Notes: generated by a model not told the origin, from the sequence alone. A DNA stretch of 64,000 nucleotides from Burkholderiales bacterium (GCA_050250695.1 JBFWOE010000002.1:2579-66578); one strand, 5' to 3'. Shown: positions 1 to 9,805, numbered from the stretch's first letter. Program-made: numbers and translations.

Positions 1-37
1 ACAATGCCTCCAGCGCAGTCCATATCGTAAAAATCCG

Positions 38-1195
38 ATGAAAAAAGACACCCTGCTGACCCACGTCGGCCGCAATCCCGCGCAAAGCCACGGCACGGTC
101 AACACGCCGGTGTTTCGCACCTCGACGGTGATTTTTCCGGACCTCGCGACGTACGAGTCGCGCGATCCGGATGATTTCAAGAGCATGCGCTACGGCATCC
201 ACGGCACGCCGACCACCTTCGCCTTCGAGGAAGCAGTGGCAAAAATGGAAGGCGGTCACCAGGCGGTGGCCGTGCCCTCGGGGCTGGCGGCGATCACCGC
301 CGCGCTGTGCGCCTTCGTCAAAACGGGCGACCACCTGCTGATGACCGACAGCACCTATGCGCCGACGCGCATTTTCTGCGAGAAGCAGTTGCGCAAGATG
401 GGCGTGGAAACCGAATATTATGATCCGCTGATCGGCGCCGGCATCGCAAAACTGATCAGGAACAACACCAGGGCGGTGTTCTGCGAGGCGCCGGGCTCGC
501 TGACCTTTGAAATGCAGGACATCCCGGCGATCGCCGCGGCGGCGCACGCCCGCGGCATCCCGGTGCTGGCCGACACCACCTGGGGCACGCCGTATTTCTT
601 CCGTTCATTCGAGCGCGGCATCGACGTCTCGATACACGCCGCGACCAAGTACATCGTCGGCCATTCCGACGTGCTGATGGGCGTGATCGTCACCAACGAA
701 AAACACTGGCTGCCGGTGCGCCACACGGTGGCCGAGTACGGTTACTGCGTCAGCCCCGACGACTGCTACCTCGCGCTGCGCGGTTTCCGCACCATAGGTG
801 TGCGCATGAAGCAGCAGATGGCCAACGCGCTGGCGGTGGCGCGCTGGCTGCAGGCGCGCCCCGAGGTGCAGCGCGTGCTGTACCCGGCGCTGGAGGACGA
901 TCCCGGCCATGAAATCTGGAAGCGCGATTTCGACGGCGCGGCCTCGCTGTTCGGCCTCGTGCTGCACGAAGCGCCGCGCGCGAAAGTTGCGGCCTTCGTC
1001 AACGCGCTGCAGCTCTTCGGCATCGGCTCGAGCTGGGGCGGCTACGAGAGCCTGGTCACCGCGCCGCACCCGGAAAAAGTGCGCAGCGCGACACAGTGGA
1101 ATCCCGGCGGACCGACGGTACGCCTGCACATCGGGCTGGAGGATCCGGCGGACCTGATCGCCGACCTCGGGCAGGCGCTGAAGCAGCTGGCCTGA
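38..1195 (+). CDS. metC: cystathionine beta-lyase (Cys/Met-metabolism PLP-dependent enzyme)
   Basis: 385-aa ORF. It aligns by eye with E. coli MetC along its length, including the PLP-lysine motif AATKYIVGHSD and the DTTWGTP region. Confidence 0.85.
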   Translation: MKKDTLLTHVGRNPAQSHGTVNTPVFRTSTVIFPDLATYESRDPDDFKSMRYGIHGTPTTFAFEEAVAKMEGGHQAVAVPSGLAAITAALCAFVKTGDHLLMTDSTYAPTRIFCEKQLRKMGVETEYYDPLIGAGIAKLIRNNTRAVFCEAPGSLTFEMQDIPAIAAAAHARGIPVLADTTWGTPYFFRSFERGIDVSIHAATKYIVGHSDVLMGVIVTNEKHWLPVRHTVAEYGYCVSPDDCYLALRGFRTIGVRMKQQMANALAVARWLQARPEVQRVLYPALEDDPGHEIWKRDFDGAASLFGLVLHEAPRAKVAAFVNALQLFGIGSSWGGYESLVTAPHPEKVRSATQWNPGGPTVRLHIGLEDPADLIADLGQALKQLA

Positions 1196-1226
1196 CATTC
1201 ATGCTCTTACAACAACCGGAGGAAAC

Positions 1227-2453
1227 GTGATACGCAAGCTGAGAACCGAACGCGACAACCAGCAGTGGATGCTTGACCTCGCGCTGAACATGCGCGGGCG
1301 CGTGCAGAATTTCGAGCGCGACGACATCGAGGTGCCGGCAGGCAAACGCGCGCGCAATTACCGCATGCTGCCCAAGGTCTGGCGCGAGGCCGGCGAACGC
1401 CACGAACGGCTGGCGAAACTGGCGCAGGCAAGAGGCGCCAGGGCCAGCGCGACCTATCACTATGACCATGCCATCGAGGCCTACCGCATGGCGCAGCACC
1501 CGATCTATTTCGACAACCATCCGGTGAAAAAGCAGCTCTACCGCAAGCTCAACGAGATGGTCGACCGCCGCATCCAGACCGCGGATTACCCGATCGAGCG
1601 CGTCGAAGTGCCGTTCGACGACGGCAAGACCATCTCCTGCCTGCTGCACCTGCTGCCGGACCGGCGCAAGGCGCCGGTGGTGATCTACGTGCCGGGCATG
1701 GACCAGTCGAAGGAAGTGTTCCCCAAGGCGTACCACAACATCGGGCTCGCGCGCGGCTTCCACGTGCTGGCGATGGACGGCCCGGGCCAGGGCAATTCGA
1801 ACATGCAGAAAATCCGCGCGGTCGCCGACAACTACGAGCGTGCCGGCGCCGCCGTGATCAGCTACCTGCGCAAGCGGCCGGAAGTGGACAAGAACAGGAT
1901 TGCGATCTACGGCATCAGCATGGGCAGCTACTGGTCGCTGCGGCTGTCGAGCTACGACCATCGCGCCGCAGTGGTGGTGAGCTCAGTGGCCTGCTTCAAC
2001 CCCAACAACACCATCTTCACGCAGTCCTCGCCGCGCTTCAAGCAGATGTTCATGTACATGGCGGGCTACGACGACGAAGAACGCTTCGACGAGGAAGTCG
2101 CGAAGGGCATGACGGTACGCGGATACCTCGACCGCATAAAGTGCCCGACGCTGCTGGTCACCGGCGAGTTCGATCCGCTGTGTCCGCTGGAGGATGCGAT
2201 CGAGGCCTACGAGGACCTGAAGGTGCCGAAGGAAATGTGGGTGTTCGAGAACCAGTACCACCCGCTGTGGAGCATCGCCAACCTCGGCGGCATGGACTGC
2301 CACGACTACGTGTTCGACTGGCTGCAGGCTTTCTTCAAGGGGAAGAAGCCGACGAAGCGCGGCAGGATTTCCTACATCCGCGAACACGGCGACGGTCCGT
2401 GGTCGGACTGCACCTGGACGCCGCCGGTGAAACGCGGGCAGGCCTATTTCTGA
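1227..2453 (+). CDS. alpha/beta-fold hydrolase, substrate unknown (DHPON-hydrolase-like family)
   Basis: GTG start preceded by GGAGGA at 1217-1222. Nucleophile elbow GISMGS and a typical alpha/beta hydrolase core (VVIYVPGMDQSKE...LAMDGPGQG). Followed by a hairpin terminator. Confidence 0.7.
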   Translation: MIRKLRTERDNQQWMLDLALNMRGRVQNFERDDIEVPAGKRARNYRMLPKVWREAGERHERLAKLAQARGARASATYHYDHAIEAYRMAQHPIYFDNHPVKKQLYRKLNEMVDRRIQTADYPIERVEVPFDDGKTISCLLHLLPDRRKAPVVIYVPGMDQSKEVFPKAYHNIGLARGFHVLAMDGPGQGNSNMQKIRAVADNYERAGAAVISYLRKRPEVDKNRIAIYGISMGSYWSLRLSSYDHRAAVVVSSVACFNPNNTIFTQSSPRFKQMFMYMAGYDDEERFDEEVAKGMTVRGYLDRIKCPTLLVTGEFDPLCPLEDAIEAYEDLKVPKEMWVFENQYHPLWSIANLGGMDCHDYVFDWLQAFFKGKKPTKRGRISYIREHGDGPWSDCTWTPPVKRGQAYF

Positions 2454-2470
2454 AACGGCCGCCCGGCAAC

Positions 2471-2500
2471 AAAAAGGCGCTCCGCGGAGCGCCTTTTTTT
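2471..2500. terminator. bidirectional rho-independent terminator between convergent genes
   Basis: AAAAA-GGCGCTCC-GC-GGAGCGCC-TTTTTTT. A GC-rich palindromic stem is flanked by an A-run and a T-run, between the hydrolase (+) and the small membrane protein (-). Confidence 0.6.
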
Positions 2501-2523
2501 CAGGCCGCAGAGCGGCTGCTTGC

Positions 2524-2730
2524 TTATTTGCCCGTGTCCTTGTTTTTCTGCCCCGACCGCCAGATGACGTAGGCGTAGCCGCCGATCAGTCCGACAAAAA
2601 CCAGCGCGAAAAGGATCAACCCGGTGGGATCGGCTTCAACCCGCGGCGCCACGGCTGCAGCTTCGTCGTCTGCGGCAAGGACGGGCAAGGTCAGCAGCAG
2701 CATCGGAATCCCGGAAATCAGTTTTTTCAT
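2524..2730 (-). CDS. small (68 aa) exported, membrane-anchored hypothetical protein
   Basis: ATG preceded by GGAG with a 6-nt spacer. N-terminal signal-peptide-like segment MKKLISGIPMLLLTLPVLA, acidic/Ala-rich linker, one hydrophobic helix (LILFALVFVGLIGGYAYVIW) and a basic tail. A terminator lies directly downstream. Confidence 0.55.
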   Translation of the reverse strand: MKKLISGIPMLLLTLPVLAADDEAAAVAPRVEADPTGLILFALVFVGLIGGYAYVIWRSGQKNKDTGK

Positions 2731-2959
2731 CGCAAGCTCCTTGAAAACGGTTTGTCAGGTCACCTGCGTATAAACCAGGGTCACCGGATCAGCCGCAGCA
2801 CGGTTGCCATGGTCGCCGCGGCAGCTTGCATAAGACTTACACGGGCTTGCGACAAACTTACGCCCGTCCCCGAAAACCGCCGGAATCGCGCGATTCAACC
2901 GTTTAACGCGGGTTCTTCGACGAATGCGGACCCGAAATGTCGGCCTGAAAGGCATGACC

Positions 2960-3415
2960 TCAGAAGTAGCCGTCCATCATCCTGTCCACCCATGCCGGCA
3001 AACGCACTTCGTCCTTGCGTTCGAACGCCGGTATGTAAGGCTTGATGTCGAGCACCGGCGTGCCGTCCAGCGCGTCCAGTCCCCGCACCGCGATGCCCCG
3101 GTCGTCGACTGCCACCAGCTCCACGGCGGTGACGCCGATCGGGTTCGGACGGAATTTCGTGCGCTGCGCGAACACGCCCACCGGCGCCAGGTCCTCCATG
3201 CCGCGTGGATTGCGCGCGAGCTGCGTCGCCGGATCGAACGCCGGGATGCGGTCGAGGTGGAACACCACAACCACGTGCGAGAACTCGCCGAGGCCGGCAA
3301 GGCCCTTGGCATACACCGGGTCAAGCTCGATGCGCGACTCGACGGCCGCCCAGTGCCCTGCCGACATCTCGGTACGGCCGCTGCGCACATGACCAATCGG
3401 TTCAAACCGTGCCAT
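2960..3415 (-). CDS. trmO: tRNA (N6-threonylcarbamoyladenosine37-N6)-methyltransferase TrmO (TsaA/YaeB family)
   Basis: 151-aa ORF with the TsaA-like N-terminal fold signature (FEPIGHVRS...FSHVVVVFHLD...RPNPIGVT..V......I.V.GLD.LDGTPVLDIKPY). Confidence 0.8.
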   Translation of the reverse strand: MARFEPIGHVRSGRTEMSAGHWAAVESRIELDPVYAKGLAGLGEFSHVVVVFHLDRIPAFDPATQLARNPRGMEDLAPVGVFAQRTKFRPNPIGVTAVELVAVDDRGIAVRGLDALDGTPVLDIKPYIPAFERKDEVRLPAWVDRMMDGYF

Positions 3416-3439
3416 GGCGGATATCTCCCGGAATGGTTA

Positions 3440-3472
3440 TAAAAACGAAGGGCCGGCGCATGCCGGCCCTTC
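3440..3472 (-). terminator. rho-independent terminator downstream of tRNA-Lys
   Basis: On the minus strand, GAAGGGCCGGC-ATGC-GCCGGCCCTTC is followed by GTTTTTATAA. The stem is a perfect 11 bp. Confidence 0.6.
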
Positions 3473-3481
3473 GGATGAAAC

Positions 3482-3557
3482 TGGTAGGCGGTGGGAGATT
3501 CGAACTCCCGACCAACGGATTAAAAGTCCGCTGCTCTACCGGCTGAGCTAACCGCCC
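3482..3557 (-). tRNA. tRNA-Lys (anticodon UUU)
   Basis: The reverse complement reads GGGCGGTTAGCTCAGCCGGTAGAGCAGCGGACTTTTAATCCGTTGGTCGGGAGTTCGAATCTCCCACCGCCTACCA. It forms a cloverleaf with anticodon loop CTTTTAA, a GTTCGAATC T-loop and an encoded CCA. Confidence 0.9.
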
Positions 3558-3631
3558 AAAAAGGGGCGAATTTTACCCGCGCGGGGCATGCAGGGTCAAC
3601 CGCAACGGGCGCCGGAATCCGGCACAGGCGC

Positions 3632-4759
3632 TTATTCCTCCTGCATCATGCGCCAGTACTGGTACTTCATCGTACCCGCGGCGCCAATGACGATCGCCAT
3701 GAAGGTCAGCATCGAACCGATGGCCAGTGTCGACATGCCGGTAATCGCCTGGCCGACGGTGCAGCCCATGGACAGCACGCCGCCCACGCCCATGAGCACG
3801 CCGCCGACCGCGTGATTGGCAAAATCCTTAAGCGAAACAAACCACTCGATGCGGAAACCTCCGGTGAATATCGCGTAAATGAAGGATCCGGAGATCACGC
3901 CGGCCAGCGCGACGACCCCGAAATTGATCAGCGTGGTGGTCCCGGGGCTCATCAGGTAACGCACTGTGTCGCCCATCGGGCTGATGAAGGTGTAGGACTG
4001 CACCTGGACGCGGCTGGGCACCTGGGTCGCGAAATCGGCGTATTCCTTCCATGCCTGTCCCAGCGGTCCGCCGGTCAGGTACCAGCCGGCGATCACCGCC
4101 AGCCCGACCACGGCGCCGCCGAGCAGATTGTCAAAACTGCCGCGGAACTCGGACGAACGGAACACGTAGATGAAAAGGATCAGCGCCAGCGCGCCGCCGA
4201 CAGTGGCGTTGAATCCGCGCGCAGGCTGCATGCCGGCGATGCCGGAGAGCACCGTGCCGAGTTCCTGCGAGCTCACGCCGTGGCGCGCGAGGTCTATGGT
4301 CGTTGCCGACACCCAGGGATGGAACTGTTTTTCGTAGAACGGCGTCCACAGCATCAGGTAGGCCATGATCGCCGCGATCGCCAGCACCACCAGCGATTTC
4401 AGGTTGCCGGCGCCGACGCGCACCAGGGTCTTGTTGCCGCAGCCGCTGGCCAGCGTCATGCCGATGCCGAAGAGCACTCCGCCGGCGAGGTAACGCAACC
4501 AGCCGAAAGCCGAAGTGCGGTACGGCGGAAAGGTTTCCGCCGACAGGTTGACCATGCCCGCGGATTCCAGCGCGACGGCGCCGGTGATCGCGACGGCCAT
4601 CGCCAGCAGCCATGCGCGCATGCGCCCGCTGTCGCCCATGTTGACCCAGTCGGAGACCGCACCCATGGTGCAGAAATTGGTCTTGTTGACGACGGCACCG
4701 AGAATCACCGCGATCACGAATACCGCGGCCAGCACCTGATGGTGTACGTTGAATTCCAT
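3632..4759 (-). CDS. YeeE/YedE family inner-membrane protein (putative thiosulfate/sulfur-compound transporter)
   Basis: Polytopic membrane protein with the family's conserved Cys-containing motifs (NFCTMGAVSD, ASGCGNKTL, SMGCTVGQ). The start is placed at ATG 4759 (MEFNVH) because GGAGGA lies 7 nt upstream. The ORF track extends 15 codons further. Confidence 0.8.
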   Translation of the reverse strand: MEFNVHHQVLAAVFVIAVILGAVVNKTNFCTMGAVSDWVNMGDSGRMRAWLLAMAVAITGAVALESAGMVNLSAETFPPYRTSAFGWLRYLAGGVLFGIGMTLASGCGNKTLVRVGAGNLKSLVVLAIAAIMAYLMLWTPFYEKQFHPWVSATTIDLARHGVSSQELGTVLSGIAGMQPARGFNATVGGALALILFIYVFRSSEFRGSFDNLLGGAVVGLAVIAGWYLTGGPLGQAWKEYADFATQVPSRVQVQSYTFISPMGDTVRYLMSPGTTTLINFGVVALAGVISGSFIYAIFTGGFRIEWFVSLKDFANHAVGGVLMGVGGVLSMGCTVGQAITGMSTLAIGSMLTFMAIVIGAAGTMKYQYWRMMQEE

Positions 4760-4825
4760 GATGGTTTCCTCCGCGAACAGTGTACTGCGCCCGGCTGCCG
4801 TCAATAATTAATTGTTTTTATTGAC

Positions 4826-5500
4826 TTATTTGTAACGGGTTGGATCCGCCACCGCGGCCTGCTCAAACCCGGCGCGACGCAGCCGGCAGGAGTCGCAGAC
4901 GCCGCAGGCGCGACCTTCGGCATCGGCCTGATAACAGGAGACGGTCAACGCGTAATCTACGCCCAGCGCCGTGCCGCGGCGAATGATTTCCGCCTTGGTC
5001 AGTTCGATGATGGGTGTATGCAGTTTCAGCGACCGGCCTTCAACCGCGGCCCTGGTCGCCAGATTGGCCAGTGCTTCGAAGGCGCGCATGTACTCCGGGC
5101 GGCAGTCCGGATAGCCGGAATAGTCGACTGCATTCGCGCCGAAAAAAATATCGCTGCTGCTGCACACTTCGGCATGCGCCAGCGCCACTGCCAGCATGAT
5201 GGTGTTGCGCGCCGGCACGTAGGTCACAGGTATCCCCGGTTGCACGCCATCGACCGGCACCGGGATCGCGCTGTCGGTCAGCGCCGAACCGCCCAGCGTG
5301 CCGAGGTCGATGCACACCACCTTGTGGGTCGCCGCACCCAGCGCCTGCGCCACCCGCGCGGCGGCATCCAGTTCCGAGCGATGGCGCTGGCCGTAATCGA
5401 TCGACAGGCAATGGCATGCGTAACCCGCTTCACGGGCGATCGCCAGCGTGGTTGCGGAATCCAGCCCGCCCGACAACAGCACGACTGCTTTGGATTTCAT
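4826..5500 (-). CDS. queC: 7-cyano-7-deazaguanine synthase
   Basis: PP-loop motif LLSGGLDS, a C-terminal Zn-binding Cys cluster (CYQAD..CGVCDSC), typical length of 224 aa. Confidence 0.9.
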   Translation of the reverse strand: MKSKAVVLLSGGLDSATTLAIAREAGYACHCLSIDYGQRHRSELDAAARVAQALGAATHKVVCIDLGTLGGSALTDSAIPVPVDGVQPGIPVTYVPARNTIMLAVALAHAEVCSSSDIFFGANAVDYSGYPDCRPEYMRAFEALANLATRAAVEGRSLKLHTPIIELTKAEIIRRGTALGVDYALTVSCYQADAEGRACGVCDSCRLRRAGFEQAAVADPTRYK

Positions 5501-5518
5501 GCGCGCTCGGTGCCCCGC

Positions 5519-6196
5519 TCAGTGTCCAGGCTTTTCGCCCCACAGCAGCTTGTGCAGTTGCAGCTGCAGGCGCACGGGCAATCGGTCGCGCAATATCCAC
5601 TCGGCAAGAAGGCGGGGCTCGAGTTGGCCATGCACCGGGGAGAACAGAACCGGGCATGCCGCATCAAGGCGGCGCGCCTGCAACTGTTCACGTGCCCAGA
5701 CATAGTCGGCTTCATCGCAGAGGACGAACTTGATTTCGTCATGCGCGGTCAGGTGGTCAAGGTTGGTCCACAGGTTGCGTTCGCATTCGCCCGAACCCGG
5801 TGTCTTGAGGTCGAGGATTTTCGAGATCCGCGGATCGACCATGGACACGTCCAGCGCGCCGCTGGTCTCAAGGGATACCGAGTAACCGGCATCCGCCAGC
5901 TGCCGCAGCAGCAGCGCCGCATGTTTCTGCGCCAGCGGCTCGCCGCCGGTCAGCGTCACGTAACGGACCTGGTAACAGGCAACGTGATCGAGGATTTCTT
6001 CGAGCGCCATGGACTCGCCACCGTGGAAGGCATACGTGGTGTCGCAATACCCGCAGCGCAGCGGGCAGCCGGTCAGGCGCACGAATACTGTCGGCAGGCC
6101 GCTGCGGCTGGTTTCGCCCTGCAGCGAAAAAAATATCTCGGTGACGCGCAGCGTGGCCGCGGCAACGGCGAGGGCTTCGGTGGCAACTTGATTCAC
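5519..6196 (-). CDS. queE: 7-carboxy-7-deazaguanine synthase (radical SAM)
   Basis: FSLQGE...FVRLTGCPLRCGYCDT radical-SAM cluster motif. Lies adjacent to queC. Confidence 0.9.
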   Translation of the reverse strand: MNQVATEALAVAAATLRVTEIFFSLQGETSRSGLPTVFVRLTGCPLRCGYCDTTYAFHGGESMALEEILDHVACYQVRYVTLTGGEPLAQKHAALLLRQLADAGYSVSLETSGALDVSMVDPRISKILDLKTPGSGECERNLWTNLDHLTAHDEIKFVLCDEADYVWAREQLQARRLDAACPVLFSPVHGQLEPRLLAEWILRDRLPVRLQLQLHKLLWGEKPGH

Positions 6197-6245
6197 GGCG
6201 CCGATGTTATCAGGCCGCCGACGGCGCGCACGGGCGCGCCATCAT

Positions 6246-7076
6246 TCAGCGCAGGTTGGCGAGCCGCCGGCGGGCCTTTTCGGCGGCATCCGACGAGGGA
6301 TAACGGGCCACCAGGCCTTCCATGGTCTTGCGCGCCGCACCGGCATCGCCCGCCTCCAGCTGCGAACTGGCGAGGTTGAGCAACGCATCGGGGACCGAAG
6401 TGCTGTCGGGATAGGCCGCAATCAGCTTCTGCTGGCTGGCGATGGCGTTCCTGAAGTCGCGCAGATTGAAATACGAATCGCCGATCCAGTACTGTGCGCG
6501 TGGCGCCAGGGTGCTTTTCGGGTACTTCCTGATGAATCCCTGGAAGGCGCTGATCGCGCCCTGGTAGTCGCCGATGCGGCGCTGGCCCTGGGCGCGCTCG
6601 TAGGCGTCATTTTCGTCGACTGCGACCGGCGCGGCCGAGGCAACTTTCGGCACGTCGGCACCCGTTGCCGGGGAAGCAGCGGCGGCACCCGGCGTCATCG
6701 CCGCACCCGGTTGCTCGAAACGGCGCAGGCGCAGGTCAAGGTCGACATACATGTCGCGCTGCCGCTTGGATACGCCTTCGATGCTGTTGCCCAGCACTTC
6801 AATCTGGCCGCGCAGGCCGCGGATTTCCTCGCGCAGTTTTTCGATCTCGCCGGCTATTGCGAGCACCGGCTGCGCTTTTGCGTCTTCCTCGACCTTGCCC
6901 AGCCGGGTACTGATGGCATCGGTCTGCCGGCGCAGTTCATCGACACGCTTCTGCTGCTCCACGATCATCGCACGCGCGCCTTCGTCGTCAAACAGGCCCG
7001 CCACCGCCGGGCCGGCCGCCAGCAGGCCGGCACACAGCGCCAGCAGGCAGGCGGGACGCGAACCGTGATGCATCAT
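6246..7076 (-). CDS. cpoB: Tol-Pal system protein CpoB/YbgF
   Basis: Signal peptide, N-terminal coiled coil and C-terminal TPR region (YW.GDSYF...A...F..L...YP.S...PDALL). Positioned directly after pal. Confidence 0.8.
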   Translation of the reverse strand: MMHHGSRPACLLALCAGLLAAGPAVAGLFDDEGARAMIVEQQKRVDELRRQTDAISTRLGKVEEDAKAQPVLAIAGEIEKLREEIRGLRGQIEVLGNSIEGVSKRQRDMYVDLDLRLRRFEQPGAAMTPGAAAASPATGADVPKVASAAPVAVDENDAYERAQGQRRIGDYQGAISAFQGFIRKYPKSTLAPRAQYWIGDSYFNLRDFRNAIASQQKLIAAYPDSTSVPDALLNLASSQLEAGDAGAARKTMEGLVARYPSSDAAEKARRRLANLR

Positions 7077-7084
7077 GACGCCGT

Positions 7085-7633
7085 TCAGTCGTTGGGATAG
7101 ACGATGTCGGCGCGGCGGTTCTCGGCCCAGCTTTTCTCGTCGTGGCCGGTGGCCCGGGGCTTCTCTTCGCCGAAGCTGACGGTTTCGATCTGATCGCTGC
7201 GCGCGCCCAGCAGCTGCATCGCCTGCTTCACTGCGTCGGCACGACGCTGGCCAAGCGCAAGATTGTATTCGCGGCTGCCGCGTTCATCGGCATTGCCCTG
7301 AATGGTGACTTTCTGTTTGCCGTTCTGCTGAAGGTAGCGCGCATGCGCCGACACCAGCGGCTTGAATTCGTCCTTGACCACGTTGCTGTCGAGTTCGAAA
7401 TAGACGCTGCGCTTGGACAGGATGTTCGACGGATCTTTCAACGGGTTGCCCGAAACACCTTTGGGCTCCAGCGGCGCGGTGGTCGGGCCGGTGGATTGCG
7501 TCTGCGGCTTTCGCTGCTGCGCCGTGGCGCCGCTGCGGTCCTCTACGGAGGCGCCGTCCTGCTCCTTGGTGGGCGTGCTGCCGCAGGCGGCGAGAAATGC
7601 CGATGCTGCAAGTGCGAGTATTAGCCGTTTCAT
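7085..7633 (-). CDS. pal: peptidoglycan-associated lipoprotein Pal
   Basis: Start at ATG 7633 (MKRLILALAASAFLAAC lipobox) with GGAG upstream. OmpA-like C-terminal domain (GNADERGSREYNLALGQRRA). Confidence 0.9.
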   Translation of the reverse strand: MKRLILALAASAFLAACGSTPTKEQDGASVEDRSGATAQQRKPQTQSTGPTTAPLEPKGVSGNPLKDPSNILSKRSVYFELDSNVVKDEFKPLVSAHARYLQQNGKQKVTIQGNADERGSREYNLALGQRRADAVKQAMQLLGARSDQIETVSFGEEKPRATGHDEKSWAENRRADIVYPND

Positions 7634-7671
7634 TATCAGCTCCTTGTCGATAGGGGTGGATTTGCCGGGTG

Positions 7672-8982
7672 TTATTTGTTGACCACAGGACTCCACGCAG
7701 GTTCACGTGCATCCCCGACATCCGCGGTGAAGCGTTGCCGGATGCGACCGTCGCTGGAAACGGCGGCCAATATACCACGCCCCCCCACCACGGTTGCATA
7801 GAGTATGAGCTTGCTGTTGGGCGCGAAACTCGGCGATTCGTCGATGCCGCCGTCCGTCAGCACCTGGACCTGTCTTGTCGCGAAATCCTGTACTGCCACG
7901 TTGAACCGCCCCCTGTTGCGCTGGATGAAGGTGAAGCTCTTGCCGTCCGGGCTGTGCCGCGGCGACACGTTGTAATCGCCTTCGAAGGTAACGCGTTGCG
8001 CAGGTCCGCCGCTGACAGCGATGCGGTAAATCTGCGGTCCGCCGCCGCGGTCCGAGGTGAACAGTATCGACTGGCCGTCCGGGGAAAAATTGGCCTCGGT
8101 GTCGATCGCGTTGCTGCTGGTCAGGCGCCGCGGCTCTCCGCGGCCGTCAGCGCTGATCAGGTAGAGCTGCGAGCCGCCGTCGCGGCTCAGCGTCACCGCC
8201 AGCTGCCGGCCGTCGCGCGACCAGGCGGGCGCGCTGTTGCTGCCGCGGAAGGCGGCAACCGCCTGGCGGCCGCCGGTGGTCAGCGACTGCACGTAGACGA
8301 TGGGTTTTTTCTGCTCGAAGGACACGTAGGCGAGGCGCGTGCCGTCAGGCGACCACGCCGGCGAAATGATCGGCTCGTTGGAACTGAGCACGCTCTGCGC
8401 GCCGTAGCCGTCGGCGTCGGCGACATGCAACTCGTAACGCGTGCCGCGCTTGACGACATAGGCGATGCGCGTCGCGAACACGCCGGTATCGCCGGTGAGT
8501 TTTTCGTAGATCACGTCGGCGATCTTGTGCGCAGTCAGCCGCAGCTGGTTCTCGGTCGCGAAATAGACGAAGCCGGCGATCTGGGTCTGCTTGACCACGT
8601 CCATGACCCGGAAGCGGATGTCATAACGACCGTCGGGAGCCTTGCTCACCGAACCGATCACCACGGCCTCGGCGCCGCGCGCGCGCCACTGCGCATAATC
8701 AAGCTGCTCGGGCTCGTGCGGCACCGGGTTGATGCCGCCCGGATCAACGGTGCGGAACAGCCCGCTGCGCGCAAGGTCGGCGGCCACCACCGGCGTGATG
8801 CGCTGGGAAAGGCCCTCTTCTGCGCGGAACGGCACGATCGCCACCGGCACCTGGGTGGCGCCGGCGCCGGTGATTTCGATGGTCAGCGACGCAACTGCGC
8901 TGCCGGCTGACAGCAGCAGCGCCGCAAGCAGCATGCGCAGGATATTAAACATCATCGATATTTTTTCACGGCTGGATTGCAT
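7672..8982 (-). CDS. tolB: Tol-Pal system beta-propeller protein TolB
   Basis: Signal peptide, TolB N-domain and repeated WD-like SPDG/SRDG propeller blades. The start could instead be at the MMFNIL methionines (8955/8952). Confidence 0.9.
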   Translation of the reverse strand: MQSSREKISMMFNILRMLLAALLLSAGSAVASLTIEITGAGATQVPVAIVPFRAEEGLSQRITPVVAADLARSGLFRTVDPGGINPVPHEPEQLDYAQWRARGAEAVVIGSVSKAPDGRYDIRFRVMDVVKQTQIAGFVYFATENQLRLTAHKIADVIYEKLTGDTGVFATRIAYVVKRGTRYELHVADADGYGAQSVLSSNEPIISPAWSPDGTRLAYVSFEQKKPIVYVQSLTTGGRQAVAAFRGSNSAPAWSRDGRQLAVTLSRDGGSQLYLISADGRGEPRRLTSSNAIDTEANFSPDGQSILFTSDRGGGPQIYRIAVSGGPAQRVTFEGDYNVSPRHSPDGKSFTFIQRNRGRFNVAVQDFATRQVQVLTDGGIDESPSFAPNSKLILYATVVGGRGILAAVSSDGRIRQRFTADVGDAREPAWSPVVNK

Positions 8983-9004
8983 TTTGATGTTTTCTTTTTC
9001 GTGA

Positions 9005-9805
9005 TCATTCTTTGGGGCGGAATACCAGGTTTAGTTCCCGGAACTGGCGCATCAGCGCCGGATCCGGCGGCAGAGGCAGCGGCTGGGCCTTGAGGATCGC
9101 CCGCTCCACAGCGGCATCATAGGCGGGGATGCTGTTGGCCGAGCGTTTCAGTTTGGCCCCCAGCACCTCGCCACCCGGCAGCATCACCACCTCGAACTCA
9201 ACCCGCGCATTGTCGCTGACATTCGGCGGCAGCACGATGAAGCGGCGGACTTTTTCGACAATGCGCCGCTTGTACTCGTCGACCACCTTGGCCTGAGCCG
9301 CGGCCTGCTGCGCCGCCAGCGCATCGCGCGCCTTTTGTTGCTCGGCGGCGACACGTTTGGCTTCCGCCTCGGCCGCCTGTTTCTGCTTCAGCGCCTCGGC
9401 TTCGGCGCGCTTTTTCTTCTCCAGCTCGGCTTCGCGCGCCTTTTCCGCGGCGAGTTTTTTCGCTTCCGCCGCTTTCTGTTCCTTGAGCTTGCGTTCCTTC
9501 TCCAGCTTTTCCTTCAGGGCGATGTCCGGTTTCGGCGCAGGCGCAGGTTCCGGTTTCGGCGGCGGCTTCACTTCCGCTTTCGGCGCGGGTGGTGGCGGCA
9601 CGGGTTTGGCGACCGGCGGCACTTGCGCCTTGGGCGGAGTCAACGGCGGCAGGTCGCGCCACAGATCGACGACGGCAGCGGTATCAATCTGCTGATGCTG
9701 CCAGCTGACGCCGAACACCAGAAACACCAGCAGCAGCACGTGCATCGCGAAGGCCAGCGCGCCGGCCAGGGCCTGTTCGCGGGACTGGATCGCGGCCGCA
9801 TTCAT
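9005..9805 (-). CDS. tolA: cell envelope integrity protein TolA
   Basis: N-terminal TM helix, long Pro/Lys/Ala/Glu-rich low-complexity linker and a TolA C-terminal domain. Its ATG shares one nucleotide with the tolR stop (TGATG). Confidence 0.8.
   Translation of the reverse strand: MNAAAIQSREQALAGALAFAMHVLLLVFLVFGVSWQHQQIDTAAVVDLWRDLPPLTPPKAQVPPVAKPVPPPPAPKAEVKPPPKPEPAPAPKPDIALKEKLEKERKLKEQKAAEAKKLAAEKAREAELEKKKRAEAEALKQKQAAEAEAKRVAAEQQKARDALAAQQAAAQAKVVDEYKRRIVEKVRRFIVLPPNVSDNARVEFEVVMLPGGEVLGAKLKRSANSIPAYDAAVERAILKAQPLPLPPDPALMRQFRELNLVFRPKE

Noticed and set aside
2752-3045. ORFs of 97 aa (+) and 66 aa (-, Arg-rich) in the 229-nt gap upstream of the small membrane protein. I also considered whether the gap holds a riboswitch.
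   Set aside because: There are no Shine-Dalgarno sequences or motifs, and the composition is biased. I could not fold the region into any riboswitch class I know (for example, no ACGR-loop mini-ykkC hairpins). It is left unassigned.
9335-9700. Repetitive DNA with periodic GC-rich motifs that could be mistaken for a repeat array.
   Set aside because: It is the Ala/Lys/Glu/Pro low-complexity linker of TolA, in frame and typical for the family. There is no spacer-repeat structure.
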